In this document: positions 1 through 14,257 of the stretch, in pieces
Position numbering within the stretch: position 1 is the stretch's first letter
How the letters are laid out: the number at the start of each line of letters is the position of its first letter
DNA from: the human T2T-CHM13v2.0 reference genome, Homo sapiens
Assembly: GCF_009914755.1 (NCBI RefSeq)
Contig: NC_060943.1
DNA: 64,000 nt
Reading direction: 5' to 3' (one strand)
Position numbers and translations under genes: made by a program
Notes under the pieces: generated by a model
What the model saw: the letters and a program-made list of their open reading frames with translations, nothing else
Told to the model about the DNA's origin: nothing
Database searches by the model: none

Positions 1-40
1 GGTAATATGAAAAACACAAATCTTTCATTCATTCCTTTCA

Positions 41-433
<393 letters not shown>

Positions 434-1119
434 TTACCACTATTGTGTGTTAATATTGTAGAAGTATTCCTAATTATGATTTCTTTGTATTCCTAATTGT
501 AATAGCTTTGTATTTGAAAAATTATTGATTCATACTCTATGTTATTATTTTGTATGTGATGACAACAGAATATATTATCATGCTCCTTTTGTGAATCTCA
601 TTCATAATATAAAGTATAAATTTGTGATTTTGCTTTAATTTGAAATATTAATTTCAAATATGTTATCACAATTTGATACAAACTATTGACAGTAAATCTG
701 TGGATTAAGTAATGTCTTAGTAGGTATTGGGAAAATTTGAAACTAGTAACATGGAGGACTATTGTCATTGTTTATTTCAAAGCCAGTTAAAATTCTGCAA
801 AGCAGTGTACATAAAAATAATTTCAAGAAATTTATAAAATACCGAGATTATGGTGTATAAACAACTTTAGATTCTTTGTTTAAGAAATTCTGCCAGTTTG
901 TAATATATGCTTCATTCAAAGTAGCTAAGGGCTGTACCTGGCCAATAGTAGGCACCTAATATTTGTTGAAAAGGAATACTGAGTAGCTGGGACCTCCTGA
1001 GTAGCTGGGACCACACACATTTAACCTGTATTTATAAAATTACTGTTTAGAGAATAACATTTGATGGAATCATGCTTTTACTTTCTGCTTATGACTCAAT
1101 TGTTTGTACTGACATTAAC

Positions 1120-1622
1120 ATCCCAAATCCTTAGCATGGCCTACAAGGCCCTGAGCAATGTGGCACCTGCTGAAGCCTGCTGCCTCATTTAATAACTCTT
1201 TGTCTCTTTCCCAGATCCAGCCACTCTAACATTTTTTAGCTCCTGGACCAAGACAAGCTCTTCCCAGAACCTGACCTTTGTACCTGTTCTTTATTCCTGG
1301 AGTATTTTTCCCCTGACAAATTACTTATCATCTATCATAATTCAGGTTAAATGGCACTAACTCAGGGAAGGCTTCCCTAACTGCCTCCCTTCTCCAACCA
1401 AATTAGGAACAATTATATGGCCACATAGTATCGAATCAAGTTTATAATTTTAAAATAATTGGGAGATTTTGTTGTTTAACACTTGTTTTCACTATAAGAC
1501 TGTAATTACATGCAAGTAAGAACCATGCCTGTTTGTTCACTCCTGCCACAGTCAGAATAGTGCCTGGAATATGCAGTAAGGGCTGAACAAACACTAAATA
1601 AATGAACAAGTGAATAAATGGA
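1120..1622 (+). mobile_element. L2 LINE 3' fragment
   Basis: CAGGGAAGGCTTCCCTAAC...AGAATAGTGCCTGG...TAAATAAATGAACAAGTGAATAAATG resembles the L2 3' end. Confidence 0.65.
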
Positions 1623-2711
1623 TATTGTCTCATTTTTAGAACAGAGTACTGAATGGATCATGAACACTATCTGGTATGTCACGTAGGTAATTTACAAGGG
1701 CTACAATTTCAGCTCAGATTTACCTTTTCCTGGATACAGGTCTTGATAGGTCTCTTGATGTCATTTCACTTCAGATTCTTCTTTAGAAAACTTGGACAAT
1801 AGCATTTGCTGTCTTGTCCAAATTGTTACTAAGAATCAAGAGAGATATCTGACATGAAATGACATTGGAAAACATTAAACACGATTGAAATAATGCTAGC
1901 CAATATGGTTATTATTAGAAACCAATTACATTTTCAACTTAAAAACAGTAATACTTATTGCAGACTCAAATGTGCTTATTCTAAAACAAGTAAATGTTTG
2001 CCTATGGTCTGAGATTCTAATCCACGGAGTTCATTCTAATCCACATTCAACACTATCATGTACCAGTGGGCCTCATAACCCACCTAGCCCTGTGATTTTT
2101 CAGGTTCACTTTTCTAAACTTGTGAATTAAATATTTATTTTCTTAGTTCAGAAGAGGAAAAAAACTCTTGTAATTGTTGCCCATTTCAGGAGAAATCTTG
2201 CATATGAAAACAAGAGATAAATATACACAACTGAGGACTGTGGTTTAAACAAAATCTTGAGAATGTTTTTTGACCTTATACATTTGTGCTTTAGTATAAC
2301 AAAATGATATAGACAAAGGTAACTTTTAATAGAACCAGTCACTAAATTAAAAAAATGACAAATTCTTCTGCTTAGCTAAGCAACAGAGAAGGTAAAATAC
2401 TAATTCAATTCATCAATTTAAGCAATACTCATTAAGAGCCAAGTATGTGCTTACTGAATAAGCTGCTAAGGTTTGGTGGTTACAGAGTGTGCGGTGAAAT
2501 GATGTCTACATCACAGTCCAACATTCACAGAGTTTAAAAGCCTACCAAGAATCAAGACAGACACAAATACCTAACATAGAAGTTTGTATATGATAAGAGA
2601 GCCAGAGTACAATTTAGGAGAAGAAATTGTATGGAAGGAAGGTTCATTTCCATTAGACCAGAAAAGACAGCACATTTGAAGGCCTGAATAAGAAATATTC
2701 TGGATAAGATA

Positions 2712-3150
2712 TTGTGGCTGCTACCAGAATGGCTCTTGATGATCTCTACCTCTTGGTATTTATACCCTTATATAATCTCTTTCCTATAGTGTAAGCTGGT
2801 CCCAGGTACTTGTTTCTATTGAATAGAATAGAACAAAAGAAATGAGATGCCACTTCTGAGATTAGATTATAAGATACTGTGAATTTCATCTTGTGCCCTC
2901 TCCCTCTCTCTCTTTCTCTTGCCCTCTCATTTGAATGAAGCCAACCGGCATGCTGTCAGTGGCCCAGTGTAAGTCCTGTTACAAGAAATTGATGATTACC
3001 TGTAGCCAACCCTAAGTGAAGAACTGAGGTCCTCAGTCCTACAAATGGAGAGAAACTGAATCTAGCTAAGAACCATGTGAGTGAGCTGGGAAGAAGATCC
3101 ACCCTCAGTTGAAATTTAAGATGACATATTGAGCAGACATACTGAGACAC
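2712..3150 (+). mobile_element. MLT1-family MaLR LTR (MLT1E/F-like)
   Basis: TGTGG start; GATGCCACTTCTGAGATTAGATTATAA and GAACTGAGGTCCTCAGTCCTACA motifs. Confidence 0.65.
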
Positions 3151-4599
3151 ACTGAAAGTAAGAGAGCAGGAGGAAACAAAACCAGGGTCATACAAAGAAC
3201 ACAACTGATTTTGAGATTCTCACATAAGTATTACACCTTCAGTGAGCACGTGTACTAGAAATTTAAAAAATAAATAAAATAAACCTTCAAAGTGAGCTAG
3301 CAAATAAATTTCCCTATGGTCTCAGCTCTGAGTGGAGAGAGAAAATGTTCCCTGTGGAGTTTATAGCCAGAATCCAGCTCTCAAACAGGTTTCAGCCTGA
3401 ACTCACACAATCTGTGTGGCTTCCAAATTTGCAAGCTGAGAATTTAATTCAAAGTGGTCTCAGGTTGATAGCAGTCCAAAATGCTAGGTAGGAAAAAAAA
3501 TCCTCTCTGGACAAATAAATCATCAAAGCAAGCTCATAAGAGCAGGTTTCAAAGGTCATGAGCTTCTAACACACACACAAAAATCACACACACAAAATGG
3601 GGGTAGCAGCAACATGGGTAGCGTATTCAAACTTGAAAAGACTTTAAATATTTGTATTATTAGATGTAGATTATGAAACACATATTTTAATGTGGTTAAT
3701 TTTTTTAAGGAATCAAAACTATGAGTAAAGACCAAGAAAACTGTGCTGGATGGCCACTTCCACCATGGCTCCCCTCCTATTTAAGTCTGGGTACTGTGTC
3801 ACCCGAAGTCTTCAGGCACATTGTTCCAGGTTTGGGTTTGCCTATGAAAGAAACTCATGAGAGCTGGAAATGAGGAGTGAAGAGGAGGTCTTCACATAAA
3901 GCAGGCTTAAGGATTAGACATAGCAGGTTTGACAGATGTGATGGCTTGCAGAATCCTTTATGAGCTCCCACTGTCCATCTGGATAAGATTTACAGACCTT
4001 TCAGAAATTCCTATAAGCTTGGGTTCTGTGCCCACTCTCTAGACTGTCAGGCTAAGATCTCTGATATAAAACAGACCTCTTCTGATTTTGTCTAGCTGCT
4101 TTTCTAATATCTATTCACCAAGCTCTTCCAATAATAGCATAAGGCCCTAATTAATATTAAACTTTTATCATTATAATACATAGGATGTCTTCTGTTTTCC
4201 TGATCAAATTCTGACTACTATTAAAATATAAAGAATTGTCCAGAAATATATAAAAAAAGAATCACACATTGATCTTCTTTAAATGAAAATATAACAATTG
4301 TATGGACTAGGATGATTACAGTTGTTCAGTTCTGACTGTTATTTGAAGAAAAAAGCAATAAGAAGCCTCAGCAACTTAACAGAAGGAGCTGCCATTTACT
4401 AGGAGAAAAGATTGTGGATGAGAGTGTAGCAAAGGTCAGAATTCTGTGAAGCTTGAGATGTTTATTATAATGAATTATCTTTTATACTCACTACAATTTC
4501 CTAACAATTTTGGGGTTTATATTTTTGAAAGAGATATACCTTTAATTTTCTTTCTTTGTACTATTGTTAGGTAACTTTAATGTGCAGATTATACTACAG

Positions 4600-5109
4600 T
4601 GAAAGTTGCCAATGACAAGGCAAAGTCACTTACATCAGACCCAAAGCAAAGTGGAGCCGGGTCATGAAAAAGGGGATCTTGTGTGTGTGTCCACGATAAG
4701 CACTATCACAAGGACTTTCTATAAACTCACAAGAAATTTCTGCCCACCCAGCACACTCTGTTTGTCCAGCTCATCCTGTAGGTGTCTCTATAATAGGACC
4801 TATCATAAAAAATTCCTCAAGACTGCAGCATTTCAGATAAGCCACCCTCACAAGAACACTTGCCTAGCAATGGCTGTTTCTGCCAGTAAGTTAACACCAG
4901 CTCCTGCATCAGACCCTGTGACCAATGATGTTTGTTTCAAAACAGCTTGCATGGACTTCTTTTTGTCTTTATATATTTTCCTTACCTCAACCTCTTGGGA
5001 TGCACCTATGATTGATCATAGCACAAATATCTCAGATTATAATCCTTGTTTATTTCCAAATAAATTTATTTCTTTGGAGATCCACTTTTTCTGTTATTAT
5101 ACATTGACA
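4600..5109 (+). mobile_element. ERV1-type solo LTR (MER34/MER39-like)
   Basis: CCAATGATGTTTGTTTCAAAACA, CCAAATAAA poly(A) signal, ends TTGACA; subfamily uncertain. Confidence 0.45.
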
Positions 5110-5479
5110 TTGTTATTATGAAATTGGTTGGGTGATGTGTCTTATTTTCTTGTCTCCAGAAGAATTTCTGTAACAGTGCAATTAAACGTTCTTTGCATAT
5201 TTGCTAGAACTCACCTGTAAAATTGTCTGAGCAACCAAAGCCTGGTTTTTGTGTTTAGTTTTTCTTTTGTGATTGGGGAGGGGGGTTTATCGTACTGATT
5301 CAAGGTGTGAAGGTAACATCATTTTGATTTTATACATCTTCTTCAGTCCATTTAAGCATGTTACATAGCGTTGTTTGTTCTTTTCATGATATTCTTTACA
5401 GTAGTCTCCTAAATGTTCCCTCTGCTTCTGCCAGGAGCCCCTACAATCAACTCAGAAGCTATAGAGTTTAAAACATGTA

Positions 5480-6045
5480 ACATATTATGCCACCTTTCTT
5501 ACCGTAAAACATCCCATGGTTTCTCATAGTATTTATAGTAAAAGTGAAATTTTTATGATGGCTTGAGAAACTTTTCCCATTAGATGCCCAAGTGCTGGTC
5601 TGGTCTGATCTTCTCATCTTCCCTTGGGTGATTCTGTGGCAGTCACACTAGCCTCCTTGCTGCTCCACAAAAACTCCAGCATGATCCTACTTCAGGATAT
5701 TTGCCATTGTTACTGCATCTGCCTGGAACCTTTTCTCCCATATAAACATAGAGATTGCTCTTGCCTGTCCTTCAAGTCTATTCTTAAATGTCCCATTCTC
5801 TGTGAAGCTTTCCTGCCCACCCTATTTAAATTACAGACTTCACTCCCAATTCCCCATCTACTTTAAGAGTCTTCATTTATCATTCCTTGACAAACTGTAA
5901 ATATACATGTTCACTTTTTTATCGTCTGTCTCCAAATACTGGAATGTTAAGTTCTGTAATGTCAGATATTTCTGTTTGGTTCACTGGTGTATTCTTAAAG
6001 CATGTTACATACTAGGTATACTCAATGAATATTTGTTGAATAAAT
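5480..6045 (+). mobile_element. L2 LINE 3' fragment
   Basis: CTGCCTGGAAC...TAGGTATACTCAATGAATATTTGTTGAATAAAT terminus. Confidence 0.7.
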
Positions 6046-6049
6046 ATCA

Positions 6050-8300
6050 CATTGGGCTTATTCCAGAAATTCAAGCTTGTTTCAATAGTTAGAGCAATCT
6101 ACAAATGTAATTCATTACATTAACTAATTAAAGGAGCTAAATCACATCACCACCACAATAATGCAGAAAACCACATTTGATACAACTCAATATTCATGTC
6201 TGCCTAACAAACATCTCATGATACTAGGAAAAGAGGAAGGGATATATTATTTTCATGTATAAAGCACTAACCATTGTAGCATGCCAATATACTCAAAATT
6301 CAATGAAATTCCTATCAAAATTTTAGCATTCCTCTTAGTCCTCAACAAAGCATTTCTAAAATGTGTATAGAAGACCAAAGGGCCAAAAGAGTCAACTTCT
6401 GAAGAAACGCAAAAAGAAAGTTGAGGAAATCTTAAAACATGTTATTGAGCTTAAAGTTGCAAAAATAAACTCATGTACCATAATTGATGAGTAGAAAAAT
6501 AGACTAGTGGAATAACATAAAAATAAAAACAATGCTTACATAAAATGTTGTAACTGATTTGGATGTCATTAGAAATCAGTAAGTAAATAGATGGACAATG
6601 TAATGAAAGATGCTAGGCAAATAATGTGGTAGGGAGAATAATGGCCCTCAAAGATGCCCATGCCTAACCCTGGAACCTGTGAATATGTTACACTGAATGC
6701 AATAAAGGCTTATCAGATGTGATTAAGGATGCAAACCGAGATGGAGAGATCTTCCTGGGTTACCCAGATGGGCCCAGTCTAATCACATGAGTTCTTAAAA
6801 ATGGAGAACCTTTCTTAGCTGAGTCCAGAGAGAGATGTGACAATGAAAGAATGGTCAGAGAAATGTGACATTGCCAGCTTTAAAAAGAGAGAGGAGAGGC
6901 AATGAGAAAAGGAATGCTGATGTTCTCTAGAAGATAGAAAAGGCCAGGATATGGATTCTACCCTAGCCGCCATAAAGAAACATGCCTGTCGACAACTTGA
7001 TTTTAGTTCACTAAAATTCATGCCTGATTTCTGACTTGTGTACACTGTAAGATGACAAGTTTGTGTTATTTTAGGTCACTTAGTTTGTAGAAATTTGTTA
7101 CAGCAGTAATAGAACAAGTGGTTATCCATATGAGGCAAATTAGATTGGATACCTATCTCCAATAGAAATCAATTCAAGGTGAATTCCAGGAAAATACTTA
7201 AAACATTTAGATTAAAAATAAATGAGAATTTTTGTTACTTTTTGTAGGTCATAGAACCAAGAAAAACAAACATTAAGGAGGAAAAATGAACATATGACTA
7301 CATCAAAATATAAAGCTTCTCTATTTGGATGATATCATAAGGTGACAAATCATAAACTGTAATATTTACAACATATATATAAGTGAATAAATATACATTT
7401 AGAATATATATGAACTCCCAAAAATCAACAGGAAAAATAAGACATAGAACAAGCAAAATGCATAAACAAAAGAAGGCAAAACAAAAATAATGACTCATAA
7501 TTATATGAAAAGAAGCTCATCTTCATAGATGAGCAGATAAATGCAAATTAAAACCACCCTGAGATGCTTTTTACATCCATGAGCCTGATAAAAGTTAGAG
7601 TCTAAAAGTAATAATTAACAAAGATGGGAAGTAACAGAAAATCTTGTCCATTACTGGTTAAAGTATAAACTGATACAGCTACTTTATAGAATATTACATT
7701 ATAGAATAAAGTTGTGAGTATGTATATGCAGTGACTCAGCATATTCATTGCTAGTATGTACTCAAGAGAAACTTACAGGAGTGGACTAGGAAGTAAATAC
7801 AAAATGATTACAACATTGTTTGTTATATCAAAAAATAAAAAAGACACCCAATTTTCCAGCAAAAAAAATAAGTAAAAATAAATCCTGGTGTATTCTAACA
7901 ATGGAATAATATATAGCCATTAAAATAAATCAACTATTACTGTACATATGAATGTAAGTATCAGCAAAACATATTGTTTAGTGAAAAACTAAGAAGCTGA
8001 AGAAGAATATATACAATATGGTTACATTTATATGAAGTCCAAAAACTTGCAAAATAAAGAAATGTATTTAGAAATAGATTCACATGTGAGAAAACTAGAA
8101 GAAAATTAATGAAAGGATAAGAGGGATAGCAGTAATTCTGAGTAGTTGAGGGAATTTCAATTGGAAAAAAATAATATCATATTCTTTAAGTCAGGTAGTG
8201 GGTATTAGCATTTGTTTTACCATCGTTCTTTATTCTTATAGCTACACTATATATTTTCAATGTATTTAATGTATTTTTTGCATAATTAAATATTATGCAA
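6050..8300 (+). mobile_element. Old L1 (L1M) ORF2/3' remnants interrupted by an MLT1
   Basis: A-rich; AAATGCAAATTAAAACCAC and CAATGGAATAATATATAGCCATTAAAA L1 motifs. Confidence 0.6.
6625..7115 (+). mobile_element. MLT1C/D-like MaLR LTR
   Basis: TGTGGTAGG...AATAATGGCCCTCAAAGATG...CCTGGAACCTGTGAATATGTTAC; end AATTTGTTACAGCAGTAATAG. Confidence 0.8.
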
Positions 8301-8581
8301 TAAAAATGAGAAAACAAAAAAGTAGAAAATGATAAATTACAATAAAGAAATGGAGAAAAAATTATAATCTAGTTGAGTAATGGTATATTACATAGCTATT
8401 TTCTTAAGTAGATGTATGTACATGATGTATGCACGATTGTACATACATGTTCTTAATTATATATAAATATATATGTACATATTTTTAATATAAAATACTA
8501 AACAAAGTACACCAAAATATTAGCTCCTATGTTAGTGAGATAATGTTTTGTTTTTTTGTATTTTAAGTTTTACATAGTAGG

Positions 8582-8962
8582 TGTATTTTTCTGTTTTCAT
8601 ACTGCTATAAAGAACTGCCCAAGACTGGGTAATTTATAAAGGAAAGAAGTTTAATTGGCTCACAGTTCAGCACAGCTTGGGAGGCCTCAGGAAATCTACA
8701 ATCATGGCGGAAGACAAAGAGGAAGCAAGCCAGCTTCTTCGCAAGGCAGCATGAAGAAGTGCCGAGCAAAGGGGAAAGAATCCCTTATAAAACCATCAAA
8801 TCTCGTGAGAACTCACTATCACAAGAACAGCACAGGGGAAACTGCCCCCATGATTCAATTACCTCCACCTGGTCTCTCCCTTGACCTGTGGGGATTATGG
8901 GGGCTATGGGGATTACAATTCAAGACGAGATTCAGGTGGGGATACAAAGCCTAACCATATCA
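8582..8962 (-). mobile_element. THE1D/MSTA-like MaLR solo LTR with 5-bp TSD
   Basis: Plus strand ends AAAGCCTAACCATATCA; GTAGG duplicated at 8577-8581 and 8963-8967. Confidence 0.9.
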
Positions 8963-9987
8963 GTAGGCATGTATTGAATTTTAAACTCAGAGAAAAATAC
9001 TAGTGTTTTTATAGGATTCTTACTAAAGAAAAACCAGAAAGTAATAAACCATCTACGCTAAGACATAAAATTCAGTTGTTTAGTTACAAGATAGAATGTG
9101 GCCTTGTAAGAAAGCAAATTAACTTCTAACATACAAAGCCTTAGAGAAGATTCAAGTGACTGACGGATCTTAAACAGAGCTATTATTACAACTCGAACTG
9201 CAGTAAAATATCCTCAGCAACATAGATGTGTGTGTTTCACTAGTCAGAGCAATACAAATTTAATGAAACTCCATTGGTGGTGTTTTTAATCAGACAATTT
9301 CTGAAGATGTCCTGGCTTATTCACAGATGCAAGCCAAATCTCTAGAAGAGTACCATAATAAGAAAAAAAAGAATACAGGCAATTGAGAGCTGTTCCAAAG
9401 TTTAGGGAGTTTTTGTAAGGAATTAATAAATAAAAATGTTCTTGAAAGAGAGAAATTAATATGCAGTTCATACTGCCAGAATTGCAGGCAATTTATCAAA
9501 GTCCCCTAATCCTCCAAAATCGCTATTTTTTTTTTTGACACACACTTTACAGTACAGAAGAAAATGTCTCCGGCAATAAATCACAAAGTTAAAATTACCT
9601 AGTCTACAATTAACTACACAGTGATGGTAAATCATTTTCTACCAAAAGAAAGAAATGTCTTGTCTATTCAGGTTCTGCTCTACTTAAAAGTTTTCCTTGT
9701 TGGCGAGCAAGTGGTTAGAAAATCATATTTTATACGTACATTCAGCTTAACTATCATTCAGCTCAGGAAGATGACTCAGGGCCTTATCCATACCTTGAAG
9801 TTTGCTCTTAGCAAGTAATTGTTTCAGTATCTATATCAAAAATGGCTTAAGCCTGCAACATGTTTCTGAATGATTAACAAGGTGATAGTCAGTTCTTCAT
9901 TGAATCCTGGATGTTTTATTTTTCTTAATAAGAGGAATTCATATGGATCAGCTAGAAAAAAATTAAGAGGAAAATCACATGGAAAGT

Positions 9988-10546
9988 TATATATTATATA
10001 TCTATTATATATAATATTATATATCTATTATATATTATATATTGTATATCTATTACATATATAATATTATATATGTATTATATATATTATATATTATATA
10101 TCTATTATATATATTATATATTATATATCTATTATATATAATATTATATATTATATATCTATTATAAATATTATATATTATATATCTATTATATATAATA
10201 TTATATATTATATATCTATTATATATAATATTATATATTATATATCTATTATATATAATATTATATATTATATATCTATTATATATAATATTATATATTA
10301 TATATCTATTATATATAATATTATATATTATATATCTATTATATATAATATTATATATTATATATCTATTATATATAATATTATATATTATATATCTATT
10401 ATATATAATATTATATATTATATATCTATTATATATAATATTATATATTATATATCTATTATATATAATATTATATATTATATATCTATTATATATAATA
10501 TTATATATTATATATCTATTATATATAATATTATATATTATATATC
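9988..10546. repeat. AT-rich 30-bp minisatellite
   Basis: 12 perfect copies of TATATCTATTATATATAATATTATATATTA at 10181-10540 plus degenerate copies upstream. Confidence 0.97.
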
Positions 10547-10680
10547 ATTTCCAAATTCCCCAGCGTTCATATTTGTCAGTGCAAGTAAAGAGCCTTACTG
10601 CTGATGAGGTTTGAGGTATGACCATTTGGCCAGAATTTATGAACTCTACATGTCGCTTGATGTGTGCTTCAGGGTACACT

Positions 10681-10975
10681 TTTTTTTTTTTTTTGAGACG
10701 GAGTCTTGCTCTGTCGCCCAGGCTGGAGTGCAGCGGTGCGATCTCAGCTCACCGCAAGCTCCGTCTCCCGGGTTCACGCCATTCTCCTGCCTGAGCCTCC
10801 TGAGTAGCTGGGACTACAGGCGCCCGCCACTATGCCCTGCTAATTTTTTGTATTTTTAGTACAGACGGGGTTTCACCGTGTTAGCCAGGATGGTCTCCAT
10901 CTCCTGACCTCGTGATCCACCCGCCTCGGCCTCCCAAAGTGCTGGAATTACAGGTGTGAGTCACCACGCCCAGCC
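10681..10975 (-). mobile_element. AluY
   Basis: AluY-type GCAAGCTCCG, TTCACGCCATTCTCC, CCGTGTTAGCCAGGATGG; TSD AGGGTACACTTTT at 10671 and 10976. Confidence 0.92.
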
Positions 10976-12781
10976 AGGGTACACTTTTAAGCAGAGACAC
11001 TACTTTGAAGGTCATAAAAAATATAATAAGAGATAAGGCTAATTTCCTTTAATAATAATAAAATCCTTTAATAAAAATATAAAGGAATAATATAATAATT
11101 TTCTTTAATAAAATATAATAAGAGATAAGGCTAATTTCCTTTAATAAAATATAGTAACTACATACCAACAGAATTCCAAAAAAAGAAATGGAGAGGAAGG
11201 GAGCATGGGTCATTAATCTTGTCAAAAATATAAAATTATATACGAGGAATTCCTAGAAACTGTTTTCCTTGTCTGCGGCCATTGTGCTGCTGCTACACAA
11301 CTACCGCAAGCAGCCCTTCACGCCCTCCTCCCAGTACAAAGCTAATTGACTTGTGAGAAATGTTAAGCTTGGAAGAGTCAGCATCGCTGCACTTATTTTT
11401 TATTCTACTCTGACATTAGAATAATCCTTGAGTGGGGGAAAGGTTAAAAACCCCCCTGGATAAGTGTTACTAATTAATGATGATTGTTTTAAACAATGTT
11501 TGGATAATTTTTCCTTGTCCCTTGACATAAACTTGATAAATAACTGAGAAGTGAGAAGGAGATTAGTGGGTTGATTAAATTCCATTCAGGTACTTAAAGT
11601 TAGCTCCAAAAATTTAGCTATTTGTAAATTGTCATGCATTGTTAATGTATAAGAGATGTAGATTTCATTTATCTTTGGTGGAGCGAGATGAAGCAGTGAA
11701 TCATTGAAGACTGAAAGAAAGAAAAAGGTCTTTTCCCTTTTCTTTAAGAAGCATCATTAGTTAAAAACATGTTAGTTGATACCAGAGAACTATATTTAAA
11801 GGGACAGCAATAAGCAAATTGATTACTCTGGTGATTATTGGAGTGACATTGCCTTTTAGTTGTACTTTCACAAAAATTCACAATATTTGCCAAAGTCAAG
11901 TTATCCATTACACTATTAATTTGTCATTCTTTTGTTTATATAGTCAATATCTCTATCTCAATTGGATCTATCTCAACTGCTTCTAAACAAGCCACCATAG
12001 TCTCTCCCATTTCAACAATCTCTTCCAAGTACCACTTCATTTCTTCTTTTCATATTTTTGAAAACTTTTGAAAAACTACCTATTTTCCTCCTCCATTTCT
12101 TGTTCATTCCATTCTAGTGGACATGGAATCTGTTCCTCCTCCAAAACGGAATTTGGTCACCCTTAAATTACTAAACCCAAAACAATATGTTGTCTTTATC
12201 TTTACCTCTCTGTGGCATTTAATGATAAGACCACTACTTTCTTCTCTTTTACCCTTCTTTCTTGAATTCAGTCAAACAACGTACTTACATTTTTTGTCTT
12301 ATTCTCCATCTTAGAAACCACCTCAGCTTTCTCCATTCAGCTATAAAATTGTGCTTTTCCTCAAAGATTAATCTGCCTCTCCTCTCACTCTATACTATCT
12401 CTGTTAGCTAATTTTATTTGTGCACATTGCTTATACTGGGCATTATATACACATATGCATGTGTGTACATGTGCACACACACACTGTATGTGGACATGTA
12501 TATATATATATGTGTGTGTGTGTATATATAGTATATATATAAATTACAATAACATAAAGGTGGCATTTTAAATTAGTGGAAATTACCCTGATTTGATCAC
12601 TACACATTCTATACATGTAAAGAAAATATCACTCTGTATCCCAAGAATATGTACAATTATGGTTTGTCAAATGAAAAAGTTCATACATTGAAAAATTTTA
12701 GATAAATATCAAACTTTCTCTGAAACTGTAACTGTAAAATGTAAAAAACAGTAAGTGCTATATTGCTTATTTCTGAGTAGA

Positions 12782-12881
12782 AGAATATGAGACATTTCCC
12801 TAATCATTATGTGTAATTACAATTACATATATATATGTAATTGTAATTACACATAATGATTAGGGAAATGTCTCATATTCT
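12782..12881. repeat. Perfect 100-bp palindrome (50-bp arms, no spacer)
   Basis: Arms are exact reverse complements about 12831/12832; symmetry fails at 12781/12882. Confidence 0.97.
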
Positions 12882-13956
12882 ATATATATAGACAGAAAGA
12901 GAGAAAATATATGAGGGAGAGAAGGAATCTTTCCATCTCCTTTGAGTTCCACGGTGTTGAGAGTCAGGACAACTGCAATTGCTTCATCATGCCTGCTTGC
13001 AATTATAGGGCTTTTGAACCATTTGTTCCCTCCTTAGATATCCTCATTTTTTTCAGATTCTTGCTTAGAAGTCACTCCTCCGTGGACCTCCTCTGACATA
13101 TTAAACATTGCAGTCCATTATAAGCTGCAAGAGGACAGGGATTTTTGCCTGTTTTATTCCCTACTGTATCACCAGGGGCTACAGCAATATCTGACAAACA
13201 GTGGGCATGTAATGAATATTTGTTAAGTGAAGTAATAAATTCAATCAAATCACACCACCTGTTTAAAGCACTTCATTGGCTTCACATTGCACTTAGAATA
13301 AAGAGAAATTCTTTTTATACAATATAAGTTCCTGCAGAATGCAGACACTTTCTACTTCTCCAGCCTCTTTTCGACTCCTCTCCTACTAGCTTCTGTATTT
13401 AAGCCACATTAGACCTTTCTTCAGTTTTTTATATAGACTTTGTCGCATCACACCTCAGAGATTCTGTACATGTTCTTCCTCCTGCCTAGAAAGGATCGTC
13501 CCTCCACTTTCGCCAACTAATCCCTGCTCAACTTTTCATCTCAGCAGGAGGCCCATTCTCTTTGGCAATCCTCTGGCCTCCAGCCCATTTATTATATGCT
13601 CACATGTCAACATGTACTTCGTACAGCATGTAACACAATTGCACTTTTATATTTTAACAAATTATATTTCCCATATTGAACTGTAAGTCTCCTGAAAGCA
13701 GGAATTTTGTTCTTGCTCATCATCAACTTTTTCAACATCCAGTGCACCATTTAGAACTTAGATGTAGTCAATAGAGGTTTGTGGAATGAAAGAGGAAAAG
13801 AAAGAATTAATATTCCTTTAAATTAGGATGGCAAAGATCGTATATAGAAAATTGGCTAAGTTGTGGTCCATTCATGTTTGCTCCCAATTAAGGAGCACAG
13901 CTATGAAAAGGAAGGCTTCAAATTAATAACCAATAGATTTTTTTAAAAAGAAAACT

Positions 13957-14257
13957 GGCCAGGTACTGTGGCTTATGTCTGTAATATCAGCATGTTGGGA
14001 GGCCAAGGCAGGATTACTTGAGCCCAGAAATTCCAGACCAGCCTGAGAATTTGGCAAAACTCTGTCTCTACAAAAATTACAAAAATTAGCCAAGTTTGGT
14101 GGCATGTGCCTGTAGTACCAGCTACTTGGGAGGCTGAGGTGGAAGAATAGCTTGAGTCTGGGAGGTCAAGGCTGCAATGAGCTGTGATTGCACCACTGCA
14201 CTCAAGCCTGGGTGGTAGAGTAAGACCCTGTCTCAAAAAAAAAAAAAAAAAAGAAAA
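13957..14257 (+). mobile_element. AluJ-like
   Basis: GGATTACTTGAGCCCAG and GTCAAGGCTGCAATGAGC J-type motifs, poly(A) tail. Confidence 0.85.

Noticed and set aside
4606-5121. 171-aa ORF
   Set aside because: Non-ATG start, coincides with a probable LTR, no recognisable domain
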